Source: Deltaproteobacteria bacterium
GTDB taxonomy: Bacteria > Myxococcota > Kuafuiibacteriia > Kuafuiibacteriales > Kuafuiibacteriaceae
Assembly (NCBI GenBank): GCA_040218735.1
Contig: JAVJQW010000041.1
Span: 128,001 to 192,000 of the forward strand
Length of the DNA stretch: 64,000 bases
Direction of reading: 5' to 3'
Shown in pieces: positions 31,172-41,342 of the stretch; the stretch's first letter is position 1, and each line of letters begins with the position of its first letter. A program made the position numbers and the translations under genes. Below the pieces are notes generated by a model that saw only the letters and a list, made by a program, of their open reading frames with translations, was not told the origin of the DNA and ran no database searches.

Positions 31172-31798
31172 ATGCCCCGACCCCGATTCAGCAAGCTCGA
31201 GCCTGATAAGCAGTCGAAGATATTAGCGATTGCGGCCTCGGAGTTCGCCGAGAACGGCTTCGAGGGGGCGTCGTACAACCGCATCATCGAGCGCGCCGGG
31301 CTGTCGAAGGGCGCGATGTACTACTACTTCGACGACAAGACGGACCTGTACGTCACGGTGCTGCAGAACGCGGTGGGCGACATGATGGCCGCGGTCTCGG
31401 AGGGCCTCGAGTCGGTCGGCGGCTACTGGGGGCAGTTCGAGCACATGTTCAAGCGGAGCGTCGCCTTCGCGCTCGAGCACCCGGAGTTCGGGGCGCTCGC
31501 GCGGGGATTCATGAACGCGCCGGAGCGCCTCCGCACCGAGGGGGCGCTGGAGTCGATCGTCGAGACCTACCGCCAGCAGATGACGGAGATGATCGAGGCC
31601 GGCCAGGCGCTCGGTGAGGTGCGGACGGATCTACCGATGCCGCTGCTGGTGTCGGTGACGTTCGCGATGGGCGAGGCGATCGACCGGTGGTGGCTCGACC
31701 ACATCGAAGAGTTCGAGGACGCCGACATCGACAAGTGGGCGCGTGAGCTCATCGGACTGTTCCGCCGCGTCGCGGAACCGAGAGGAGACGAACCATGA
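31172..31798 (+). CDS. TetR/AcrR family transcriptional regulator
   Basis: ILAIAASEFAENGFEGAS...IIERAGLSKGAMYYYFDDK. Confidence 0.95.
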   Translation: MPRPRFSKLEPDKQSKILAIAASEFAENGFEGASYNRIIERAGLSKGAMYYYFDDKTDLYVTVLQNAVGDMMAAVSEGLESVGGYWGQFEHMFKRSVAFALEHPEFGALARGFMNAPERLRTEGALESIVETYRQQMTEMIEAGQALGEVRTDLPMPLLVSVTFAMGEAIDRWWLDHIEEFEDADIDKWARELIGLFRRVAEPRGDEP

Positions 31799-32550
31799 AA
31801 CGGCTGCTGATGATCGCGCTGATCTGCGCGCTCCCCGCGTCCGCCTCCGCGGACGAGACCAAGAAGGATCGTGTGTCGCGTCTCATCGAACACGTCGACG
31901 ATCTGTGGCGTGGTCGATCCTCCGAGGGGGTGTTCGAGATGCGCGTGGTGACGAAGCACTACACGCGCACGATGCGGATGCAGTCGTACTCGCTCGGGAA
32001 GGACTACTCGCTGGTTCGGATCCTCGCGCCCATGAAGGAGAAGGGGACGACGACCCTCAAGTCGAACGACGACATCTACACGTACCTCCCCAAGACGGAC
32101 CGCACGATTCGTCTGACGTCCGGGATGATGATGGGGTCGTGGATGGGCAGCCACTTCACGAACGACGACCTCGTGAAGGAGTCGCGCCTGCTCGATGACT
32201 ACGACGCGAAGCTCACCTTCGAGGGGGAGCGCGGCGGCGAGTCGCTCCTGGAGATAACGCTCACGCCCAAGCCGGACGCCGCGGTGGTGTGGGGCAAGAT
32301 CGTGCTGACGCTGGACGCGAAGACCGAGCTGCCCAAGTCGCAGGTCTACTACGACGAGGACATGCAGGTGCAGCGGACGATGACGTTGTCCGACGTCGCC
32401 AAGATGGGCGGCCGGACTATCCCGACGCGGATGCGCATGGTCCCCGCGGACAAGCCGAAGGAGATGACGGAGCTCGTCTACGAGAAGATGCGCTTCGACA
32501 CGGGCCTCGGCGAGAGCTTCTTCTCCATCTCCAAGCTGCGCCGGCGATGA
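31795..32550 (+). CDS. Outer-membrane lipoprotein-sorting (LolA-like) periplasmic protein
   Basis: Signal peptide; P.KEKGT..L...YTYLP...SWMGSHFTNDDL signature. Confidence 0.85.
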   Translation: MKRLLMIALICALPASASADETKKDRVSRLIEHVDDLWRGRSSEGVFEMRVVTKHYTRTMRMQSYSLGKDYSLVRILAPMKEKGTTTLKSNDDIYTYLPKTDRTIRLTSGMMMGSWMGSHFTNDDLVKESRLLDDYDAKLTFEGERGGESLLEITLTPKPDAAVVWGKIVLTLDAKTELPKSQVYYDEDMQVQRTMTLSDVAKMGGRTIPTRMRMVPADKPKEMTELVYEKMRFDTGLGESFFSISKLRRR

Positions 32551-33764
32551 ACGCGTTCACGATCGGTGCCCGCAGCATCGGGCGGAACAAACGACGAACC
32601 GCGGCCACGGTCGGTGCGATGGCATTCGCCGGGTTCTTCTGCATCTTCTACGGCGCGCTGATCGAGGGGATGGTGAAGGCGCTGGAGCGCAACGCCCTGC
32701 GCATGGAGCTGGGCGCGCTCCAGATCCACCACCCCGGGTACCGCGAGGACCCGGACCTCTACAAGCGCATCGAGGACACGGACGCGATCGTCGCCGCGCT
32801 CGACGCCAAGGGCTACGGCGTGTCCGCGCGGTGGTTCGGCGGGGGCCTCGTCGCGGGGAAGACCACGTCGTCGGGCGCGCAGCTGCGAGGCATCGATCCG
32901 GAGCGCGAGGCGGGCGTGACGGTCGTGGGATCCCACGTCCAAGCCGGCGCGTGGATCTCGGCGGAGGCCCCCCAGGGCGTGGTGCTCGGGAAGCGGCTCG
33001 CCAAGACCCTCCGCCTCGGCGTCGGCGACGAGGTCGTCGTGTTGTCCTCCGCGGCGGATGGCTCGATGGCCAACGCGCTCTACACCGTGCGCGGGGTGCT
33101 GGGGCCGATCAACGAAGCCGTGGACCGGGGTGGTGTCTTCATGACGCAGCAGGCGTTCCTCGAGCTGTTCGTGCTGGACGGCGGGGCTCACGAGATCGCG
33201 GTCGCGCTCCCGGACGGGGCCACGCTGGAGGGGGCGAAGGCGGAGGTCGCGCAGCTCGCAGGGGGTGCAGAGACCCTCACCTGGAAGGAGCTTCAACCCA
33301 CGCTCGCGGACATGCTCGAGATGAGCGCGGCGGGGCAGTTCATCATGATGATCGTCGTCTACCTCGCGATCGCGATGGTGGTGCTTAACGCGATGTTGAT
33401 GAGTGTGTTCGAGCGCATTCGTGAGTTCGGCGTGATGAAGGCGCTGGGGGTGACACCGCGGCAAGTCGCGACGGTGGTGTTCGTCGAGGCGACGGCCCAG
33501 GCCACGGTCGCGAGTGTGATCGCGGTCCTCGTGGCGTGGCCGGTGTCGAAGTATTTTCAAACGAACGGAATCGATCTCACGGCGTTCGTGCAGGACGTCT
33601 CGGTCATGGGCGTCGCCATGGATCCGGTCTGGTACGCCTCGCCCACCGTCTCGAACCTCGTGGTGTCGGTGGTGGTGCTGGTCATCGTGACGCTGGTCTC
33701 CGCGCTGTATCCGGGCGTGAAGGCGGCCATCATTCGGCCCGTCGAGGCCATTCATCACCGGTAG
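32547..33764 (+). CDS. ABC transporter permease (LolC/E, MacB/FtsX-like)
   Basis: RNKRRT; large periplasmic domain; MSVFERIREFGVMKALG; ALYP...IRPVEA. Confidence 0.92.
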   Translation: MNAFTIGARSIGRNKRRTAATVGAMAFAGFFCIFYGALIEGMVKALERNALRMELGALQIHHPGYREDPDLYKRIEDTDAIVAALDAKGYGVSARWFGGGLVAGKTTSSGAQLRGIDPEREAGVTVVGSHVQAGAWISAEAPQGVVLGKRLAKTLRLGVGDEVVVLSSAADGSMANALYTVRGVLGPINEAVDRGGVFMTQQAFLELFVLDGGAHEIAVALPDGATLEGAKAEVAQLAGGAETLTWKELQPTLADMLEMSAAGQFIMMIVVYLAIAMVVLNAMLMSVFERIREFGVMKALGVTPRQVATVVFVEATAQATVASVIAVLVAWPVSKYFQTNGIDLTAFVQDVSVMGVAMDPVWYASPTVSNLVVSVVVLVIVTLVSALYPGVKAAIIRPVEAIHHR

Positions 33765-33776
33765 GAGGGTGCGGAC

Positions 33777-35009
33777 GTGTTGTTACGCATGGCGTGGAGG
33801 AATCTGTGGCGCAGCAAGCGCCGCACGCTGATCACGTTGGGCTCCGTCGCGTTCGGCGTGTGGCTCGCGGTCACGTTCATCGGCGTGGGTGAGAACTCGT
33901 ACTCCGGGATGCTCGAGACCGGGGCGCGCCTCGGTGCCGGCCACGTGACGATCCAACCCGCCGGGTATCAGGACACGCCGGGGCTCGACCACAGCCTCTC
34001 GGACGCGAGCACCATCCGCGAATCGCTGGCGAAGGATCCGACCGTCGAACGCGCCGTCGCGCGCATCAACGGGCAGGCCATGTTCGCCACCGCACGACGT
34101 AGCCTGGGCGGAGCGTTGTTTGCCATCGACCCGCGACACGAGGGGGCCGAGGACAACGTGCTCCTCGACGCGATCGTCGAGGGGGCCGTGTTCGAGGCGC
34201 CGACCGCCAAGCAGATCGTCATCGGCCGCGGGATGGCGAAGAAACTCGGCGTCGGGCTGAAGAAACGCGTCGTCTACACCCTCGTGGACGAAGAGGGCGA
34301 GCTGGTGAGTGACGTCGCCCGGGTCGTCGGAATCTTCGAGACGGGGGTCGTCGAGGTCGACTCCGGCGTCGCGTTGGTCCCGATCGACACCGCGCGCAAG
34401 CTCCTGAGCTACGGCCCAGAGGAGGCGACGATGGTCGCGGTGTTCCTCGCCGACCACCGCGAGGCGGCCGAGGCGCGAGACCGGTTCCTCGGGACGTACG
34501 ACGGCGAGGGCCGCGAAATCCTCACATGGCGACAGACGCAGCCGGAGCTCGCAGGGATCATCGCGATGGATCGCACGATGAACTACGTGTTCCAGATCCT
34601 CATCGGGCTCCTCATTGGCGCCGGGGTCTTCAACACCTTGCTGATGAGTGTGCTCGAGCGGCGCCGTGAGTTCGGCGTGATGATGGCCATCGGTACGCGC
34701 CCCCGGGAGCTGTTCGAGCTGGTCGTCGCGGAGTCGGTGCTCGTCGGCATCGCGGGGCTGATCGTCGGGGCCATCGCGACCGTGCCCTGGTACTGGTTCA
34801 TGCGCACGAAGGGGATCGACATCTCCCAGGTCCAGGGGATGCAGACGAGCGTCAACGGCGTCCTCGTCGATCCCGTGATGCGCCTGTTGCTCTACCCGTC
34901 GAGCATGGTCGCCATCCTGTGTGGCGTGCTCGTGCTGACCGTGCTCGCGGGCCTCTATCCGGCGTGGCAGGCGGGGCGTGTCCCGCCCGTCGAGAGCCTC
35001 AAGGTGTGA
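33777..35009 (+). CDS. ABC transporter permease (LolC/E, MacB/FtsX-like)
   Basis: MAWRNLWRSKRRT; MSVLERRREFGVMMAIG; GLYPA. Confidence 0.92.
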   Translation: MLLRMAWRNLWRSKRRTLITLGSVAFGVWLAVTFIGVGENSYSGMLETGARLGAGHVTIQPAGYQDTPGLDHSLSDASTIRESLAKDPTVERAVARINGQAMFATARRSLGGALFAIDPRHEGAEDNVLLDAIVEGAVFEAPTAKQIVIGRGMAKKLGVGLKKRVVYTLVDEEGELVSDVARVVGIFETGVVEVDSGVALVPIDTARKLLSYGPEEATMVAVFLADHREAAEARDRFLGTYDGEGREILTWRQTQPELAGIIAMDRTMNYVFQILIGLLIGAGVFNTLLMSVLERRREFGVMMAIGTRPRELFELVVAESVLVGIAGLIVGAIATVPWYWFMRTKGIDISQVQGMQTSVNGVLVDPVMRLLLYPSSMVAILCGVLVLTVLAGLYPAWQAGRVPPVESLKV

Positions 35010-35014
35010 ACGTC

Positions 35015-35707
35015 ATGAACGAACCGATCGTCAAACTCGACGAAGTCACGAAGACCTACCCACAGGGCAACCAGACCATCGCCGCGGTGGCCGGGTTGTC
35101 GCTCCAGATCGAGCCCGGAGAGTTCACGGCGCTGTGCGGGCCTTCCGGTTCGGGCAAGACCACGACCCTGAACCTGATCGGCGCGCTCGACGTACCGACT
35201 TCGGGGACCATCGTCGTCGAGGGCCACGACATCTCACACATGTCGCGGGCCGAGCTCGCGACGGTCCGGCGGGACCGCATCGGGTTCGTGTTCCAGGCGT
35301 ACAACCTCATCCCGGTGCTCACCGCGTACGAAAACGCGGAGTTCGTGTTGGCGTTGAAGAAGGTCCCCGCCGACGAGCGGCGTCGTCGCGTGATCGACAT
35401 GCTCGACGCCGTCGGCCTCGCGGGCCTCGAGGACCGTCGGCCCGACGAGCTGTCGGGCGGCCAGCAGCAGCGGGTCGCGATCGCGCGCGCGATCGTCGGC
35501 AAGCCCGCGATCGTGCTCGCCGACGAACCGACCGCCAACGTCGACTCGGAGAACGCCGAGGCGCTCCTCGACATCATGCAGGACCTCAACGAGACCCACG
35601 GCGTGACGTTCCTGTTCTCCACGCACGACGAACGGGTCATGCGGCGCGCCAAGCGGATCGTTCACCTCCGGGACGGCGCGCTCGACCACGAGGAGAACCG
35701 CGCGTGA
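35015..35707 (+). CDS. ABC transporter ATP-binding protein (LolD-like)
   Basis: GPSGSGKTT; GFVFQAYNL; LSGGQQQRVAIARA; ADEPT. Confidence 0.95.
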   Translation: MNEPIVKLDEVTKTYPQGNQTIAAVAGLSLQIEPGEFTALCGPSGSGKTTTLNLIGALDVPTSGTIVVEGHDISHMSRAELATVRRDRIGFVFQAYNLIPVLTAYENAEFVLALKKVPADERRRRVIDMLDAVGLAGLEDRRPDELSGGQQQRVAIARAIVGKPAIVLADEPTANVDSENAEALLDIMQDLNETHGVTFLFSTHDERVMRRAKRIVHLRDGALDHEENRA

Positions 35708-36963
35708 GACGCGCGGCGGCACTCGCGGCGATCGCGGTGCTGCTCTCGCCGCGTGCCGCGGATGCGTTCTATTCGAAATACGGCGACGACTACCAGGTCG
35801 ACGTCACCAGCATCGTCCGAGTCAACGACACCCTGGGCCGGTTCCCGACCATCGAAGGCCTACCGTTCGAGATCGACCACGGCCTGAACATCGCGGGCGC
35901 GCTCGGGCGGGTCATGGGGACCGTCGTGATCGGCGAGCACCTGTCTTTCGAGGCCCACGTGTTCGGGCTCGCGTCGGGGCAAGCGGTGTCGCCGCTCCTC
36001 GCGGGGACCACCACGGCGGACGGCTTCGGCGCGACCGACCAGGGGCGCTGGGCGGGGCTCGTCTACCGGCCGTACCTGCGCGGCGGCACCGTCACCGAGA
36101 TCGCGGCCGACCGCCTCAACGTCCGACTGAACGTCGGGCCGCTCGAGCTGACGGTCGGGCGTCAGCCCATCAACCTCAGCGCGACGTCCTTCTTCGTCCC
36201 CAACGACTTCTGGCAGGCTTTCTCGGCGCAGACCTTCTTCCGCGTCTACAAACCCGGCGTCGACGCGGTCCGCGCGGAGGTCGAGCTCGGTGCCTTCACG
36301 CGACTGTCGCTGATCGGCGCGCTGGGATTCGATCGCACGGGGGAGGGCGCCGTCGACGATCCGATCTCCGCCGAAGACAGCTCCGGCATCGCTCGTTTCT
36401 CCACGGTGCTGGGGGACTTCGAGCTCGCCGTGCTCGGCGGCGCCGCGCCGCAGCGCTGGGTCGTCGGAGGCGCGGTGCAGGGCGAGCTGTTCTCGGGGAT
36501 CGGCCTCCGCGGTGAGGGGCATTGGGCGATCCCGCACGACGACGCTCAGGACCCGCGCGCCGAGATCGCGGTCGGTCTCGAGCGGAGGTTCGAGAGCTCG
36601 CTGATGCTCAGCGTCGAGTACTTCTTCCACGGCGCGGGCGCTACGGATCCCGACGACTACCTCGCGCGGAGCGCGGACCCCGTGTTCTCGGCGGGGCCGC
36701 CGTACTTCGGACGCCACTACGTCGCTGCGGCGGCGACCTACGAGCTCACGCCGCTCACCAACGGGAGCGCGCTCCTCCTCGCCAACCTCGCGGACGGATC
36801 GTTCCTCGCCTCGGTCTATCTGGTGCGTTCCCTCGACGACGAAGCGGAGGCCTCGCTCGTCGTCTCCGTCCCGGTCGGATCCGCGCCGACGATCGCCGGC
36901 CCCACCAGCGAGCTCGGCGCCGCACCCATCACGGTCGGCCTCGAAGTCAGGCGCTACTTCTGA
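35704..36963 (+). CDS. Putative outer-membrane beta-barrel protein
   Basis: GTG coupled to the upstream stop; signal peptide; DRL...LTVGRQPI...GVDAVR; amphipathic strands; ends in YF. Confidence 0.75.
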   Translation: MRRAAALAAIAVLLSPRAADAFYSKYGDDYQVDVTSIVRVNDTLGRFPTIEGLPFEIDHGLNIAGALGRVMGTVVIGEHLSFEAHVFGLASGQAVSPLLAGTTTADGFGATDQGRWAGLVYRPYLRGGTVTEIAADRLNVRLNVGPLELTVGRQPINLSATSFFVPNDFWQAFSAQTFFRVYKPGVDAVRAEVELGAFTRLSLIGALGFDRTGEGAVDDPISAEDSSGIARFSTVLGDFELAVLGGAAPQRWVVGGAVQGELFSGIGLRGEGHWAIPHDDAQDPRAEIAVGLERRFESSLMLSVEYFFHGAGATDPDDYLARSADPVFSAGPPYFGRHYVAAAATYELTPLTNGSALLLANLADGSFLASVYLVRSLDDEAEASLVVSVPVGSAPTIAGPTSELGAAPITVGLEVRRYF

Positions 36964-36988
36964 CGCGCACCGGCGGCGCGGGAGGGCC

Positions 36989-37837
36989 TCAGGCCGCCTC
37001 GCCCTGCGGGCGCACGATCTCCAACGTCTCGTAGGGCATCACGACGCCCGCCGTGCGCAGCGCCTCGAAGAGCTGCTCGCGTAGCGCGAAGCGCTCGCGC
37101 ACGTGTGACTTCTCGTCCTGCAACCAGGCCTGCAGCTCGACCTCGACGTTGTAGTCGTTGAGCGCCTTAACGACGAGGCGGGGCGCGGGCTCGGAGAGGT
37201 ACGCCTCGTTGTCCTTCACGAGGTCGAGCGCGAGCTGGCGCACCCGCCCGAGATCCTCGTTCACACCGACCGTCGCGCCGACGTCGAGCCGGAGGTTCGG
37301 GAAGTTCGTGTACGAGACGACCGTGGAGTTCACGATCGTCGTGTTCGGGATGGCGAGCATCCGACCGTCGACGGTCACGACCCGGGTGCTCCGCAGCGTG
37401 ATCTGATCGACGCGCCCGTACTGCCCGTCGATCTCCACGAGGTCGCCCAGCACGAACGGGCGATCCCAGAAGATGAACAGCCCGGCGATGATGTTGGACA
37501 ACGCGTCCTTCGCCGCGAAGCCGATCGTCAGGCCGGCGACGCCGAGGCTCGCGAGCACCGAGCCGGTGTTGATGCCGAGCTGCCCGAGCGCCATCACCCC
37601 CGCGACGATGAAGATCGCGGCGCGCGCGACGCCGGTGACGAACGAGTGCGCGGTGCTGTCGATCGCCGCGCGCTCCATGAGCGCACCCGTCGCGCGACGC
37701 ACGACTCGCCACAGGAGCCAGGCGACGAACAGGACGAGCAACGCCACCGCCAGGTCCGGCAGGCGATCCGCGACCCAGTTTGCGAGTTGTCGGGGGTCGA
37801 AGCGTTCGGCGAGGCGCGCCAGGAACTCGTTCATCAT
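36989..37837 (-). CDS. mscS: Small-conductance mechanosensitive channel
   Basis: GVAGLTIGFAAKDALSNIIAG...RPFVLGDLVEI...IPN. Confidence 0.9.
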   Translation of the reverse strand: MMNEFLARLAERFDPRQLANWVADRLPDLAVALLVLFVAWLLWRVVRRATGALMERAAIDSTAHSFVTGVARAAIFIVAGVMALGQLGINTGSVLASLGVAGLTIGFAAKDALSNIIAGLFIFWDRPFVLGDLVEIDGQYGRVDQITLRSTRVVTVDGRMLAIPNTTIVNSTVVSYTNFPNLRLDVGATVGVNEDLGRVRQLALDLVKDNEAYLSEPAPRLVVKALNDYNVEVELQAWLQDEKSHVRERFALREQLFEALRTAGVVMPYETLEIVRPQGEAA

Positions 37838-37881
37838 GGAACGAGAGGTAGCTCGTTCCCGGCGCGCGTTGAAGGGACCGC

Positions 37882-39192
37882 TCAGGCGAAGGCGGAGAGC
37901 ACCGGCTTGCCGACGCCGACGGCCTCGTTGAGCTTCGACTCCGGAACGCCGAGCGCGAGGCCGAGGGTCTTGGCCATCGATCCGAGCGTCTCGTCGTACG
38001 GGATGTCGCCGCCGGAGGCGCCGCTCGCCGAGTCGATGGACGTCGCGCGGTAGTCGTTGCCGTTGCGCTCGATGCCGCCGATGACGCCGCCCTTGAGGAC
38101 GTCGCCGATCATCACCGTCACGTGGTGCCCGCGGTTGTGGTCGCGCCCGTTCGTCCCCTTCTTGCGGAGGGTCCGACCGAACACGTTCAGCGTGCCGACG
38201 ATGACTTCGTGCCGCAGGACACCCTCGGACCGCAGCCCGTCGAGGTCCGCGACGAGCTGACCGATGCGCGCCACACCCGACACCGTCTGCGCGGTCTCGG
38301 CCACGAGGTCAGTGTCGTTGTGGTTGTCCCCGCCGAAGCGCCCCTTGATGGTGATCGCGGGCGTGATGTTCATCGCCGCGAGGATCGAGGCGGCCAGCGC
38401 CTGGTTGTCCTCGTCGTTGTTGTCGATGGCGTCGAGCCGCGTGAGCAGCACGTCGCTCACGCCGCGGACCTCGTCGCGCGAGCGAGCCCACGCGTCGAGC
38501 AGCGCGATGTCGCGCTTCGTCCCGTGGTCCTTGTACAGCCGGTAGAGGCGATCGATCTCCCGGTCGCGCAGCGGGGCGAGCGAGGCGAGGGGCCCCGTCG
38601 CACCACCGAGCGCCGCCTTGATCGAAGTCGGGCCGACGTTCGCCAGTACCTGGCCCGACGCCGACAACAGCTCGGAGCCGTTGCGCGCGCCGAGGCTGAG
38701 CGGGAGGTTCTGCACCGCGCCCTGCCGCGGCCCGAGCTCACGCGCGAGGATCGACACGAGCATCTCGTTGTCGTCCGTCGCGCCCATCATGCGCATGACC
38801 TTGTTCTGGTCCTGGTGCACGGGCGTGTACGTCGCGTGGTGGAAGAACACGGTGCGGTCGAGGACGTTCTGCGGGAGGTCCGCCCACGGCTTCGCCGCGG
38901 TGTAGTTCCGCCCCGAGAGACGCAGCTGCGTCGGCGCCATGAGCGGGTCCGCCGGGTGCGCCGCCTCGGACGCCGCGCCGCCGTACGTGCCGGGCACGTT
39001 GGCGTTGATCGGGTCGCCCGCGTTGGACGTCATCAGGATCAACATCCGCCCGGGGCCCTCGGCCAACTCGGAGGGCGACGCGCGCCCGGGGCGCGGGTTC
39101 AGGAGGATGCTCGCCGGGACACCGGTTGCGAGCGCGCGCAGCGCGATGCCCCCGGCGGCCGACTTCAACAGGTTACGTCGATTGAGCTTCAT
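37882..39192 (-). CDS. Tat-exported DUF1501-type protein
   Basis: Twin-arginine signal NRRNLLK; GGDNHND; FGRT...GRDH...GGVIG motifs. Confidence 0.8.
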   Translation of the reverse strand: MKLNRRNLLKSAAGGIALRALATGVPASILLNPRPGRASPSELAEGPGRMLILMTSNAGDPINANVPGTYGGAASEAAHPADPLMAPTQLRLSGRNYTAAKPWADLPQNVLDRTVFFHHATYTPVHQDQNKVMRMMGATDDNEMLVSILARELGPRQGAVQNLPLSLGARNGSELLSASGQVLANVGPTSIKAALGGATGPLASLAPLRDREIDRLYRLYKDHGTKRDIALLDAWARSRDEVRGVSDVLLTRLDAIDNNDEDNQALAASILAAMNITPAITIKGRFGGDNHNDTDLVAETAQTVSGVARIGQLVADLDGLRSEGVLRHEVIVGTLNVFGRTLRKKGTNGRDHNRGHHVTVMIGDVLKGGVIGGIERNGNDYRATSIDSASGASGGDIPYDETLGSMAKTLGLALGVPESKLNEAVGVGKPVLSAFA

Positions 39193-39206
39193 GACCGTTG
39201 TTCCTC

Positions 39207-41342
39207 TCAAAAGCCCACGCCGGCGACGCCCGGCGACATGCAGGCCACGACCAGCGCGCTCCGTCGCGCGTTGTACGGGGTCGCGCCGGCGTCGATGCCG
39301 TCCGCGACGTGCTCGGTGAGGATCTGAATCGCGGGGTCGTGGCGCGGGTCGCCCTCGGGCAGACCCATCACGTCCGTGACCATCTTCGCGACGGCGTCCT
39401 CGTTGTTCAGGCCATCGAACGCAGCGGCGTACGCCCGCTCGCCGATCTCCTTGCAGACCACCTCACGCGTCGCGCGGGTGAACAGGCCCGTCTCCGAGAT
39501 CGTGATGGGCTCCGGCTCTCCGCGGCTGACCGTGTCCGCCGGGATGGAGCCGACCGCGTTGAGCATCCGGGACTGCAGGCCGCTGCGCTCGCGGGGCAGG
39601 GTGTCGATGCCGCAGACGTCCGCGACGCCGAGGCGGTTCGACAGCTGCGCGCAGAACTGCTCGCGGCGGCTGATCGACGGACCGCGCTGCACCTTCTCGT
39701 CGACGCACTTCGCGTTCGTCACGAGCGGCGAGGCGAGCAGCTCACGAATCAGGACCTTGAAGTCGAACTCGGAGCCCTCGAACGCGGCGATGACCCGCTC
39801 GAGCTCCGCGGAGTTCTGACACGGCGCTGCGTTGGCGTAGTAGCAGAGCTTCTGCGTCCACCCGCGCGCGAAGTCGGGGTGGTTCGCGAGGATCGTCGCG
39901 AGGTCCTGCACGCCGGTGCCGGTCTGCTGCACGCCGCGGAAGACAAACGTCGCCGGGAGGTCGATGCGCTCCTGGTCGTGCTGCTGGCCGTACGCATTGG
40001 TGTACGAGTTGCGGAAGAACTCGCGCATCGGGTCGAGCGTCTGGTGGCAGCCGTAACACGGCGAGCCGGGCGCGGAGTGCTCGGCGTCGAGGTTCGGCGG
40101 CGAGAAGTCCGTGACGGTCTGCCCGTCGAAGCTCTCGCCGAGCGCGGTGATGAGCGTCTGGTTGAGCGTGACGCGGGACGAGTTGTCCTCGTTGGTCGGC
40201 CACGTCGCGAAGAAGCCGAGCGTCGTGAAGAACCCGACGCGGTCGCCGTGGAGCGCGAGCTCCTCGGCGTTGCGCAGCTGCGGGAGGCGGTAGAAACGAA
40301 TCGGCGTCTCGCCGTTCCCGGCCTTGCGGATGCGAATCGGCCGCCAGTCGTTGAAGTCCGCGCGGGTGAGGAGCGGGTTGCGACGCGCCGGGCGGGCGCG
40401 GCAGTTGTTGCCGGCGCCGACGTTCCGGACGTTGTCCATCCGGCCGAGGATCGCCTGGAACAGCCAGAACGCCTTGTTCGGGATCGCGTTCTGCTGGAAC
40501 CCCATCTCGTTCACGTTGTTGGCGAGGCAAAGCTCGTCGAAGTTCGGCACCCAGATGCGCAGGAAGTTGGGGCTGTTCGGGTTGAGGATCTGGTTCGCCG
40601 GCGGCTCGTCCGCCTTGTTGCGGAGCGCGGTGAAGTCCGTGACCTCGTTCATCGCGCGCGTGAAGACGGTGTCGTCGTCGCGCACGTGGCGGTGGTCGAG
40701 GTACGCGTAGAAGAACATCAACGCGGTCGTCATCTCGAACGTGTCGGTGGTGACCACGTCCTTGAAGGGGCGACCGGACTTCGCGATCGACAGCGCGGTG
40801 CGCGCGAAGCTCTCCTCGATGTTCTTGATCATGAGGTTCTCGCCGAGCTCGCGGTTGTCGTCGAAGCGACCCCACGCGATGTTCCGCGACTTGAGCATCG
40901 GCATCAGGCCCTCGCCGGTGACCTGGTCCTGCTGGAACGCCATCATGAAGAAGCGCCGCAGCACGGTCTCGGCTTCGGGGGTGTCGAACCACGCCTCGAC
41001 GAGCTCACCGATCGCCTCCGGGTCCTCCTTCAACGTCCGCAGCTCGGCGGACGTGAGCGGCAGGCCCGTGAGGAGTGTCTTCACCTTCGCGCCGTACACG
41101 TGCGGCCCCGAGAGCTGGTCGACCGCGCAGTTCTCGGCTTCACCGACCGGCGTCGTCCCGACGGGGAACGTCGGGATCGGCTCGACCGGATCCGGGTCGG
41201 GCATGGGGTCCGGATCGGGTTTGGGATCCGGCTTCGGATCGACGATCGGATTGGGCTCGATGTTGCCGTTGACCGTCGGCTGCGCGTTGCAGCCGACGAG
41301 CGCCGTCATCACCCCGAGGGTCATCCACAGCTCGAGTTTCAT
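39207..41342 (-). CDS. DUF1585/1588/1592-type lipoprotein with a c-type heme motif
   Basis: Lipobox LVGC; Pro/Asp linker; KVKTLLTGLP.T..E; GFFTT..F...WPTN; CYGCH..LDP. Confidence 0.8.
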   Translation of the reverse strand: MKLELWMTLGVMTALVGCNAQPTVNGNIEPNPIVDPKPDPKPDPDPMPDPDPVEPIPTFPVGTTPVGEAENCAVDQLSGPHVYGAKVKTLLTGLPLTSAELRTLKEDPEAIGELVEAWFDTPEAETVLRRFFMMAFQQDQVTGEGLMPMLKSRNIAWGRFDDNRELGENLMIKNIEESFARTALSIAKSGRPFKDVVTTDTFEMTTALMFFYAYLDHRHVRDDDTVFTRAMNEVTDFTALRNKADEPPANQILNPNSPNFLRIWVPNFDELCLANNVNEMGFQQNAIPNKAFWLFQAILGRMDNVRNVGAGNNCRARPARRNPLLTRADFNDWRPIRIRKAGNGETPIRFYRLPQLRNAEELALHGDRVGFFTTLGFFATWPTNEDNSSRVTLNQTLITALGESFDGQTVTDFSPPNLDAEHSAPGSPCYGCHQTLDPMREFFRNSYTNAYGQQHDQERIDLPATFVFRGVQQTGTGVQDLATILANHPDFARGWTQKLCYYANAAPCQNSAELERVIAAFEGSEFDFKVLIRELLASPLVTNAKCVDEKVQRGPSISRREQFCAQLSNRLGVADVCGIDTLPRERSGLQSRMLNAVGSIPADTVSRGEPEPITISETGLFTRATREVVCKEIGERAYAAAFDGLNNEDAVAKMVTDVMGLPEGDPRHDPAIQILTEHVADGIDAGATPYNARRSALVVACMSPGVAGVGF

